Source: Reclinomonas americana ATCC 50394 (lineage: Eukaryota). From it: a stretch of DNA of 64,000 bases. Shown piece after piece: positions 19,227 to 27,167 of the stretch. The notes beneath the pieces are model-generated. The model was not told the origin of the DNA, made no database searches, and saw only the letters and a program-made list of their open reading frames with translations. The position numbers and the translations under genes are program-made. The stretch spans positions 1,922,001 to 1,986,000 of the forward strand of contig PS015009.1 of assembly GCA_048213135.1 (NCBI GenBank). Direction: 5' to 3'. Positions within the stretch are counted from its first letter, which is position 1; each line of letters starts with the position of its first letter.

Positions 19227-20021
19227 ATGAAAATCTCATTCCTGCTGGCGCTGTCAGCAACTGTTACCATTATGTCCTGCAGCAAGAGCGATACACCTGC
19301 TTACGACCCCACTGTAAAAGCGGAACTGTCCGTTGAATTTGACAATATAGCCGGGGCTGCAGATCTGCAACTGACTACCGGCACCTATACCAATGCTGTC
19401 GGCGAATCATTTAAAGTAAATAAACTGGTGTACTATGTCAGCAATTTCAGGTTGACCAACGTTGACGGTTCTGTATATACCGTTCCGCAGGACAACTGTT
19501 ATTTCCTTATTGACGAGAGTAAACCTGCGAGTCACCAACCTGTGCTGTCAGTCCCTGAAGGAGAATATAAAAGCATCAGTTTTATGATAGGTGTTGACAG
19601 CCTGCGCAACACGACCGACATCAGCCAGCGTACAGGCGTTCTTGATCCGGCAGGCGCCGCGGCGGATATGTACTGGGGCTGGAACAGCGGTTATATCTTT
19701 TTCAAGATGGAAGGAACGTCAACAGCCATTACCACAGGCGGTGGTGTGTTCATGTATCATATCGGCGGCTTTGGTGGTTACAGCAGTGCGACAGCTAATA
19801 ATACCCGAACCATTACACTCGATCTGACCTCACGCGGTACACCCAAAGTAAAAGCCGGTAAGGAAACCAATATTCACCTGATGGTTGATGTGCTGAAAGC
19901 GGTGAACGGAAGTACGAATATGAGTTTCGCCACAACACCCATGATACACTCCATTGCACCCGGAGTAGCGGTAGCCAATAACTATACAGACATGTTCAGG
20001 CACGATCACACCGAAAACTGA
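19227..20021 (+). CDS. MbnP-family (WxW) copper-binding lipoprotein
   Basis: Lipobox IMSC; 'YYVSNFRL', 'GVDSLRN', 'MYWGWNSGYIFFKMEG', 'YHIGG'; upstream of a di-haem peroxidase. Confidence 0.82.
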   Translation: MKISFLLALSATVTIMSCSKSDTPAYDPTVKAELSVEFDNIAGAADLQLTTGTYTNAVGESFKVNKLVYYVSNFRLTNVDGSVYTVPQDNCYFLIDESKPASHQPVLSVPEGEYKSISFMIGVDSLRNTTDISQRTGVLDPAGAAADMYWGWNSGYIFFKMEGTSTAITTGGGVFMYHIGGFGGYSSATANNTRTITLDLTSRGTPKVKAGKETNIHLMVDVLKAVNGSTNMSFATTPMIHSIAPGVAVANNYTDMFRHDHTEN

Positions 20022-20025
20022 TGTT

Positions 20026-21048
20026 ATGAAAAAGATATACTGGATCATAATATCAGCATTAATCGCTGCAGGCGCAAGCTGTGCAAAACAAAATGACGAA
20101 GAGGTCTTCACAGGTTTTCAACAACCTGTGAATTTTCCTCTGCCGGTCTATCATTTTTCTACCAACAACGTAACAAAGGAAGGTTTTGAACTGGGCAGAA
20201 AACTGTTCTATGAAAAATTACTGTCGGCCAACAATACGATAAGTTGCGGCAGTTGCCATATCCAGACATCGGCTTTTACACATCATGGACACAGCGTTAG
20301 TCATGGCATATTCGACAGGATGGGCACCCGCAACTCGCCACCCATTATGAACCTGGCCTGGAACAGCAGTTTTATGTGGGACGGCGGTATATTTGATCTC
20401 GACCTGCAGGCCATAGCCCCCATCACCAATCATGTGGAGATGGATGAGACCATGGAGAACGTGCTGAATAAACTCCGGAATACGGCTCCCTACCCTTACC
20501 TGTTCAATGCAGCCTTTGGTTCGGCTGAGATCAGCAGCGCCCGTTTCCTGAAAGCACTGTCACAGTTCATGCTTATGTGTATAAGCAATAACAGCAAATA
20601 CGACAGTGTGATGCGTCATGAGCCGGACAAAATGTTTACGGCCAGTGAGCAGGAAGGGTATGTACTGGTGAGGCAGAAATGCACACCCTGTCATACAGAG
20701 CCTCTGTTTACCGATAACAGTTTCCGCAACAATGGTATTGCCATCAGCCTGGTCAATGACGAAGGGCGTTACCTGGTTACACAGGCAGATAAAGACCGTT
20801 ACACATTTAAAGTGCCCAGTTTGCGTAATCTCGCTTATACAGCGCCTTATATGCACGATGGCAGATTTCTAACACTGGAAGCTGTACTTGATCATTATTC
20901 AGGGCAGGTGCAATCCACACCCAATCTCGATCCTTTACTCCATGGCGGAATAATAATGAACGCAGCCGAGAAAGCCAGTATCATCAGTTTCCTGAATACA
21001 TTGAATGACCGTTCTTTTATACTCGATAAAAGATTTGCAGAACAATAA
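20026..21048 (+). CDS. Di-haem cytochrome c peroxidase/MauG/MbnH-family protein
   Basis: Two CxxCH motifs (CGSCH, CTPCH); 'LGRKLFYE', 'RNSPP', 'FMWDG', 'FKVPSLRN', 'TAPYMHDGRF'. Confidence 0.93.
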   Translation: MKKIYWIIISALIAAGASCAKQNDEEVFTGFQQPVNFPLPVYHFSTNNVTKEGFELGRKLFYEKLLSANNTISCGSCHIQTSAFTHHGHSVSHGIFDRMGTRNSPPIMNLAWNSSFMWDGGIFDLDLQAIAPITNHVEMDETMENVLNKLRNTAPYPYLFNAAFGSAEISSARFLKALSQFMLMCISNNSKYDSVMRHEPDKMFTASEQEGYVLVRQKCTPCHTEPLFTDNSFRNNGIAISLVNDEGRYLVTQADKDRYTFKVPSLRNLAYTAPYMHDGRFLTLEAVLDHYSGQVQSTPNLDPLLHGGIIMNAAEKASIISFLNTLNDRSFILDKRFAEQ

Positions 21049-21057
21049 ACTGACAAT

Positions 21058-21975
21058 ATGAAAAAGATACTATTTATGATCGCCTTGGCATTGACCGCCG
21101 CGGAAACAAAAGCCTGCGATATATGCGGCTGCGGAGTTGGTGGTAATTATATAGGTATACTCCCCGATTTTGTTTCAAAGATTATTGGAGTACGCTACCG
21201 CCACAATTCACTGCGTACGCATATCGGCGCGGGTGGTGTTGCCACCTACCTTACAACGCGTGAAGCTTACCATACAGCAGAACTGTGGGGTGGATGGAAT
21301 ATCAGCAAAAAGATACGTGTAATGGCAACCTTACCCTATAGCTTCAGCCAGCGCAGCAATACAGATGGAACAGCCAGCAAGAATGGCCCGGGCGATGCAA
21401 CAGTTTCAGGCTTTTACCGGTTGCTGAACCGGAGGAGCATGGCCGGGAAAAAAATACTGGTGCAAAGCCTGTATGTGGGAGGAGGAGTTAAATTGCCTAC
21501 GGGCAAATACAATGATGCCGATAAAAAGAACACGTCACAAAATACCAACCTGTTTCAACTGGGTACGGGCAGCGTGGACTTTTTGGTGAATGCGATGTAT
21601 GATGTCAGGCTGATGGACGCGGGGCTCAACCTCTCCGGCAGTTATAAGATCAACCTGCGGAATAAATATGATTATACGTATGGCAATAAATGGAATGGGT
21701 CGGCACAGCTATATTATAAATTTAAAACCGGGAAAATGATGAGTATCGCTCCCAATGCGGGTTTGCAATATGAATATGCAGACAGGGATAATGACAAAGG
21801 ATACCGCGTTGATCTTTCTGGCGGACGGTTACTGACCGGTTCTGTAGGCGCTGAAGCGGTGATAAAAAAAATATTCCTGGGTTGCAGTTACCAGGTTCCC
21901 TTGTCACAAAACCTGGCCAACGGCTTTGTAAAAGCCGGGGACCGCTTCATGCTGCATGCCGCCTTTGCATTCTGA
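21058..21975 (+). CDS. Putative outer-membrane barrel/transporter with N-terminal CxxCxC
   Basis: Signal peptide, then 'CDICGC'; 'GPGDAT', 'GGGVKLPTG', 'QLGTGSVD'; terminal Phe. Confidence 0.7.
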   Translation: MKKILFMIALALTAAETKACDICGCGVGGNYIGILPDFVSKIIGVRYRHNSLRTHIGAGGVATYLTTREAYHTAELWGGWNISKKIRVMATLPYSFSQRSNTDGTASKNGPGDATVSGFYRLLNRRSMAGKKILVQSLYVGGGVKLPTGKYNDADKKNTSQNTNLFQLGTGSVDFLVNAMYDVRLMDAGLNLSGSYKINLRNKYDYTYGNKWNGSAQLYYKFKTGKMMSIAPNAGLQYEYADRDNDKGYRVDLSGGRLLTGSVGAEAVIKKIFLGCSYQVPLSQNLANGFVKAGDRFMLHAAFAF

Positions 21976-22010
21976 TCGTTAAATATTTCATTTCAAAGAA
22001 CAAAAATTTT

Positions 22011-22310
22011 ATGAAAACAATCCTGGTTATCATTACTGCGACCGTTGTTTTGGTTGCCTGCAGCCAGCCTCACCACGAAAAAGTACAGCAACCGCCGGTG
22101 CCTGCCCCAATGCCCGTTGTATATGCCGATACCTCGCTGAAACATTTGGCTTACGACAGTAAACGCGACCTCGTTTGCGGCATGCCCCTATCCGCAGGGA
22201 TCACAGATACGGCTCATTATCAAAACAAACTGTACGGTTTCTGCAGCAAAGAGTGTAAAGAAGACTTTGTAAAAGATCCCGGGAAACTGATCGGGCAGAA
22301 GAAAAAATAG
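22011..22310 (+). CDS. YHS/TRASH-domain lipoprotein
   Basis: Start MKTILVII (22011); lipobox LVAC; 'DLVCGM...YGFCSKECKEDFVKDP'. Confidence 0.88.
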   Translation: MKTILVIITATVVLVACSQPHHEKVQQPPVPAPMPVVYADTSLKHLAYDSKRDLVCGMPLSAGITDTAHYQNKLYGFCSKECKEDFVKDPGKLIGQKKK

Positions 22311-22399
22311 GTACTGTTTGTGGTCAGTAGTCAGTGGTCAGTCGTCTGCGATCTCTTACTGCTTTCTGCCTTTTCCATTAATTGTCCTACATTTGCGGC

Positions 22400-22570
22400 G
22401 AATTGGTTCCCGCATTGTCGGGATGAAAAGGGAAGCCGGTGCAATTCCGGCGCTATCCCCGTAGCTGTAATACCTGCCGGTGCAAGCCGGACAGCCTGGA
22501 GCTTCAAGCCACTGTTCTTGTAACGGGAAGGCCTCCGGGTAAGGGTTAAGCCAGAAGACCTGCCTGTTCA
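22400..22570 (+). promoter_or_regulatory. Cobalamin (B12) riboswitch
   Basis: 'AAAAGGGAAGCCGGTGCAATTCCGGCGCTATCCCCGTAGCTGTAA', 'GCCACTG...GGGAAGG', B12-box 'AAGCCAGAAGACCTGCC'; TACATTTG promoter at 22388-22395; upstream of a TonB receptor. Confidence 0.96.
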
Positions 22571-22686
22571 CACAACAATCATTCAAAGCTTTCGGGTGAA
22601 AGGCATGGAATGTAAAAGCCGGGTGGCATTTATATTTCTTTCTTTTTTATTTCTCGAAAGCAGTCACATCAAAACAATTTTCTGTT

Positions 22687-24633
22687 ATGAAAATGAAAAT
22701 TCTTGCTGCGGCTGCTGTCATTTTGTTAAGCAGTACAACACAGGCGCAGGACAGTACCAAAGACCTAAAAGGGGTAGTAGTTACCGCTACCAAGTATCCC
22801 ATCAAACAATCGCTTACCGGTAAGGTATTGACGGTGATCACTCGTGATGAACTCGACCGTTTTCCCGGGCGTTCGCTTACGGAAGTCCTCAACACCCAGT
22901 CTGGTCTCATCGTAAATGGTGCTACCGGCAACCTGGGTACCAACCAGGATGTATACATGCGTGGTGCCAGCGCGGGTAAAACACTCGTGCTCGTAGATGG
23001 TGTTCCTGTATACGACGCAGGCGGCATCAGCGGTGCTTATGAACTCAACCTCATTCCTGCCGACCAGGTAGAAAGGGTAGAGATACTCAAAGGCAGCCAG
23101 TCTACTTTGTATGGCAGCGATGCCATGGCCGGTGTTATCAACATCATCACCCGTAAAGGAGGAAGTAAAAAACTCGGCGCTAATGTAAACCTCGCCGCCG
23201 GCAGTTTTGGTACGTTCAAAACAGGCGCAGGCGTTAACGGCACCATCGCGAAAACAAATTACAATGTACAGTTCAACTCTGTGAACAGTAAAGGTTTTTC
23301 CTCTGCATATGATCAAGCCGGTAATAAAGGGTTCGATAAGGACGGATTCGATCAAACCGTTTTCCGTGCCAATGTGAACCAGAAGATCACTGACAAATTT
23401 GGTTTAAGGGCAAATGCACAATTCAGCAATTATAAAACCGACCTGGATGCAGGTGCATTTACCGATGATGCGGATTACACCGTAAAGTATAAAAACTCAC
23501 TCGCCGGTATCGGGGCTGATTACCAGGTAGGCAAAGCCGCCATCCATTTCAACTATAATTTCAATACACTGAAAAGGAGTTACCTCGATGACTCTGCTTC
23601 CCGTGGCGGCTTTGCTTACTGGAGCAAAGGTGATTATATCGGTCGCTCTCATTTCGTAGAAGCCTATAGTAATATAGCCGTTCACAAGAACGTGGATGTG
23701 CTGGTGGGTGTTGATTACAGGAACCAGCAAACCAATCAAACCTACAGCTCTGTAAGCATGTTCGGACCATATAGTTCTCCTGAATTGAGCGACGACAGCG
23801 CTAAAGTAAACCAGCTCGGCATCTATGCTTCTGTTGTGGCGAAAAACCTGGCTGGCTTTAATGTAGAACTGGGCGGCCGTTACAACAATTTCAACAAATA
23901 CGGGGATGTGTTCACCTTCTCCTTTAATCCTTCCTACAATATCAACAGTAAGATTAAACTTTTTGCCAACATCAGTTCCGGGTTTAAAGCGCCTTCCCTG
24001 TACCAGGTGTACAGCGAATACCGTCACCTGCCTGAAAGCGAAGAACTGAAACCGGAAAAATCACTCAGCTTCGAAGGCGGTATTCAGTACACTAAAGAGA
24101 ATGTAAACCTGAGGGCCGTTTATTTCATCCGCAATCTTACCGACAATATCGTTTTCTACAGCCAGAGCGTACCTCCTTATGCCAGCTATTATATCAATGC
24201 CGACAAACAAAAGGATAAAGGACTGGAACTGGAAGCGAAAGTTAATTTTGGCAAAGCGGAACTGGTGGCCAACTACACCAACCTCGATGGTTATATCGAG
24301 ACCAGCAACGGCAGTAAAGACACCAGCTTTTTCAACCTGTACCGCAGGCCACGCCAGGCCATCAACCTGGCCCTGGGTATACAACTGATGAAGAACTGGT
24401 ACCTGAGTACCAATGTGCAAAGTATCAGCAAAACATACGAAGGCCGGTATAATAATACGCCAGTTGAAATGCCGTCTTATTATACCTGGAACCTGTACAC
24501 GCAATACAGCATTGGTAAATTTGCCAAACTGTTTGTTGACCTGAAGAACATCACGGACGAAAAATATTCCGAAACGTATGGCTACAACAGCCGCAGGTTC
24601 AATGTAATGGCAGGGATTAATCTCCAGTTATAA
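22687..24633 (+). CDS. btuB: TonB-dependent cobalamin receptor (BtuB-like)
   Basis: TonB box 'VVVTAT'; plug 'LVLVDGVP...ERVEILKGSQSTLYGSDAMAGVINIIT'; 'LKPEKS'; controlled by the B12 riboswitch. Confidence 0.88.
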   Translation: MKMKILAAAAVILLSSTTQAQDSTKDLKGVVVTATKYPIKQSLTGKVLTVITRDELDRFPGRSLTEVLNTQSGLIVNGATGNLGTNQDVYMRGASAGKTLVLVDGVPVYDAGGISGAYELNLIPADQVERVEILKGSQSTLYGSDAMAGVINIITRKGGSKKLGANVNLAAGSFGTFKTGAGVNGTIAKTNYNVQFNSVNSKGFSSAYDQAGNKGFDKDGFDQTVFRANVNQKITDKFGLRANAQFSNYKTDLDAGAFTDDADYTVKYKNSLAGIGADYQVGKAAIHFNYNFNTLKRSYLDDSASRGGFAYWSKGDYIGRSHFVEAYSNIAVHKNVDVLVGVDYRNQQTNQTYSSVSMFGPYSSPELSDDSAKVNQLGIYASVVAKNLAGFNVELGGRYNNFNKYGDVFTFSFNPSYNINSKIKLFANISSGFKAPSLYQVYSEYRHLPESEELKPEKSLSFEGGIQYTKENVNLRAVYFIRNLTDNIVFYSQSVPPYASYYINADKQKDKGLELEAKVNFGKAELVANYTNLDGYIETSNGSKDTSFFNLYRRPRQAINLALGIQLMKNWYLSTNVQSISKTYEGRYNNTPVEMPSYYTWNLYTQYSIGKFAKLFVDLKNITDEKYSETYGYNSRRFNVMAGINLQL

Positions 24634-24650
24634 AAAAAATTATAAATTCT

Positions 24651-24696
24651 GAATCGTAAAAAGGAGCTTTGTAACTACAGGCTCCTTTTACGATTC
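24651..24696. terminator. Long stem-loop/terminator after btuB
   Basis: GAATCGTAAAAAGGAGC...GCTCCTTTTACGATTC inverted repeat. Confidence 0.7.
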
Positions 24697-24716
24697 TGTC
24701 CCCAAAGCCGGAATGC

Positions 24717-24935
24717 ATGATGTGTAAACACGAAGAAAAGAAATGCCCCCGCTGCCAGTCGCCTTTTGAATGTAAGGTGGGCGATATTGGCAACTGCCAT
24801 TGCAGTGCTGTAAAGCTTTCGGCCGAGGAAAGAAATTTCATCGAAGAACGCTACCGCGACTGTCTGTGTCACAATTGCCTGCTGGAATTAAAGAACAAAT
24901 ACATCCTCTTTAAAGAAAAATACTTTCACAACTGA
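24717..24935 (+). CDS. Cysteine-rich CWC-family protein
   Basis: 'CPRCQSPFECKVGDIGNCHC...DCLCHNCL'; 72 aa. Confidence 0.85.
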   Translation: MMCKHEEKKCPRCQSPFECKVGDIGNCHCSAVKLSAEERNFIEERYRDCLCHNCLLELKNKYILFKEKYFHN

Positions 24936-25627
24936 TGCCGGCCCGTCAACCTGTTGCTTTTATGTGGAGTGGTGGTAAAGACAGTGCCTATGCACTGCAT
25001 AAAATGTTGCAAAATTCGCAATATGAAGTACGCTACCTGCTCAGTACATTTAATGCCAATTATCGCCGGTTGAGTATGCACGGAATAAGGGAATCACTGG
25101 TTGATCAGCAGGCAGCAGCGATCGGTATACCGCTTATAAAGACCTGGGTAGAGGAAGGAAGCAACGACGAGTACGAAAAAAAGCTGGTGCAAACACTGCA
25201 ACCGTTTAAAGAAGAAGGCATCGACACACTTGTGTTTGGTGATATTTTCCTGGAAGACCTCCGGGCCTGGCGTGAACAGCAATTGGCATCACTGGGTATG
25301 AACGCCTTCTTCCCTTTATGGAAAAAAGATACGCGGCAATTGGTTACTGATTTTATCAGTGAAGGATTTGTAACGTATACCTGCTGCGTTAATGCCAACC
25401 TGCTTACACGGGATTATGCGGGACGAAAGATCGATCATGCCTTTGTTAAAAGTCTTCCAGAGGGTATCGACCCCTGTGGTGAAAATGGGGAATTTCACAG
25501 CTTTTGTACCGGTGGCCCCATTTTTCAAAAACCGTTACATTTCGAAATCGGCGAGACCATTTACCGGGAGATGGAGCCGGGCCACGCTTTCTGGTATTGC
25601 GATTTTAAAAATCCCGCCGGTATATAG
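24935..25627 (+). CDS. Diphthine--ammonia ligase (Dph6/DUF71)-like PP-loop ATPase
   Basis: PP-loop 'WSGGKDS'; 'SMHG', 'FGDIFLEDLR', 'PLW', 'DPCGENGEFHS'; TGATG coupling to the CWC gene. Confidence 0.9.
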   Translation: MPARQPVAFMWSGGKDSAYALHKMLQNSQYEVRYLLSTFNANYRRLSMHGIRESLVDQQAAAIGIPLIKTWVEEGSNDEYEKKLVQTLQPFKEEGIDTLVFGDIFLEDLRAWREQQLASLGMNAFFPLWKKDTRQLVTDFISEGFVTYTCCVNANLLTRDYAGRKIDHAFVKSLPEGIDPCGENGEFHSFCTGGPIFQKPLHFEIGETIYREMEPGHAFWYCDFKNPAGI

Positions 25628-25715
25628 TGACGATATTTTGTACAGTTTCTCCATTATCACATCGTCAAATCAGCATATTGTCACATTAGAATTTATCTTT
25701 GCAAAAACACTTCCT

Positions 25716-26309
25716 ATGGACCTCAAGCAAATTGCCATTAAGGAAATCCTCACCGTTTCTTTCACGCTTTTCGCCGTAATAGATATGATTGGTTCTGTTC
25801 CCGTGCTTGCCTCGCTGCGGGAGAAAATGGGCGGCACCATCCGTTCCACGCAGGCTACACTGGCTTCGGGCGGGCTCATGATCACTTTCCTGTTTGTAGG
25901 GCAGGAATTCCTGAAACTGCTGGGCCTGGATGTGCAGTCCTTTGCCGTAGCGGGCAGTATCGTGATCTTTATCCTGGGTTTGGAAATGGTGCTCGGTATC
26001 GAGTTCTTTAAACCCGATGGTAATCCCAAAAGTGGCAGCGTGGTGCCTATCGCCTTTCCACTGATCGCCGGCAGCGGTACGCTTACCACCATTATGAGTC
26101 TGAAGGCTAACTTCGCCGATGTGAACATTCTTATCGGTATCCTCATCAACTGCATAGTCATTTACCTGGTGCTCAAATCCCTCAAGTGGATTGAAAAAGT
26201 GCTCGGCCCCAGCGGTATGTCGGTAGTGCGTAAGTTCTTTGGCGTTATCCTGCTCGCCATCGCTGTAAAAATATTCGGCAGTAATATTGTTAAGTTCGGC
26301 CACCCCTGA
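25716..26309 (+). CDS. MarC-family membrane protein
   Basis: Start MDLKQ (25716) after TATCTTTG (25695-25702); 'LFAVID', 'SFAVAG', 'VPIAFPLIAGSG', 'KFFGVILLAIAV'. Confidence 0.92.
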   Translation: MDLKQIAIKEILTVSFTLFAVIDMIGSVPVLASLREKMGGTIRSTQATLASGGLMITFLFVGQEFLKLLGLDVQSFAVAGSIVIFILGLEMVLGIEFFKPDGNPKSGSVVPIAFPLIAGSGTLTTIMSLKANFADVNILIGILINCIVIYLVLKSLKWIEKVLGPSGMSVVRKFFGVILLAIAVKIFGSNIVKFGHP

Positions 26310-26498
26310 TTCGGGTTAAATGTAGTAATATTGCGTTCCCAAACCGGAAAATGTCCTTTGAATGGATTGATCAGCGAATAGTCTGATACCAAAGCACTTC
26401 GGAATGAAGTTCAGAGCCGGTTCAGTTCTTTTATGTATTTGATCATTGGATAGCATTATCCCGAATGTTTTCGGGACGAAGCCCAGTTTGATCTTTAT

Positions 26499-26573
26499 GG
26501 CCTTGTAGTACAATGGATAGTATAAGAGTTTCCGAAGCTCCAGATCCAGGTTCGATTCCTGGCGAGGCCACCA
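26499..26573 (+). tRNA. tRNA-Arg (anticodon CCG), CCA encoded
   Basis: Acceptor GGCCTTG/CGAGGCC; D-arm GTAC-AATGGATA-GTAT; anticodon loop TT-CCG-AA; T-arm CCAGG-TTCGATT-CCTGG; ends ACCA. Confidence 0.95.
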
Positions 26574-26580
26574 ATAAAAC

Positions 26581-26608
26581 AGGCTCCGCCAAAACCAAGC
26601 GGAGCCTT
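26581..26608. terminator. Hairpin downstream of the tRNA
   Basis: AGGCTCCGC-loop-GCGGAGCCT; between the tRNA and a convergent gene. Confidence 0.6.
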
Positions 26609-26666
26609 AACCCTTGTCCCTTCTACAGGGATGCCAACTTACTGTTTTCCTGCGGTCACATAGTCT

Positions 26667-27029
26667 TTATTTGCCTTTTACTTTTTTGTTCTCTTTATAA
26701 CGCATGTCGGCAGTCCCATCCTTTTTTGTGTGCTTAACTGTTGTAGCGGCGGCTGCGGCTTTATTTTCCTTATAACGCATATCCGGTGTGCCATCGGCTT
26801 TCAGTTTTGTGGCAGTTACCTGCTTTTTCTCCTGCGCAACAGCTGTTTTTGCTGCGGGTGCAGGCTTGCTGATGGCAACGGGAGTTGGCTTTACGGCATT
26901 AGTAGTTGTGGCGGCTTTTTTGATTTCCTGCCTTGGGGCAGTTGTCGTTTTTTGAGGAGCAGCGGTTTGTGCAAAAGCTGTACTGAAAAGACCTCCCAGC
27001 ATAAGGGTGGCAACGATGAACTTTTTCAT
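26667..27029 (-). CDS. Exported Lys/Ala/Thr-rich small protein with two KxDGTxDMRYKENK repeats
   Basis: Signal peptide ending AFA-Q; low-complexity linker; KADGTPDMRYKENK and KKDGTADMRYKENK. Confidence 0.85.
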   Translation of the reverse strand: MKKFIVATLMLGGLFSTAFAQTAAPQKTTTAPRQEIKKAATTTNAVKPTPVAISKPAPAAKTAVAQEKKQVTATKLKADGTPDMRYKENKAAAAATTVKHTKKDGTADMRYKENKKVKGK

Positions 27030-27167
27030 TATTTATTTTTTTAGGTTAAGAAGCGATTGTTTACGGTGTAAAATTACGGTACCTGTATCCCGGTTAATGA
27101 AGCGAATAGGCGAATGGGCAAAAGCTGTCGGTGGATATGCCGGAGCAGCCGTTGTGATGACTGTGGA

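Noticed and set aside
19227-21048. Methanobactin biosynthetic cluster
   Set aside because: There is no MbnA precursor, MbnB/MbnC or adjacent MbnT. The nearby TonB receptor is under a B12 riboswitch with its own promoter.
21882-22010. N-terminal extension of the YHS protein
   Set aside because: It overlaps the upstream gene, and the lipoprotein signal begins at 22011.
22320-22823. Short ORFs 22320-22523, 22356-22586 and 22596-22823
   Set aside because: They overlie the cobalamin riboswitch, its expression platform and the btuB start.
25392-25715. N-terminal extension of MarC (305-aa ORF)
   Set aside because: It overlaps the Dph6-like gene out of frame. A -7 promoter at 25695 and family length support the start at 25716.
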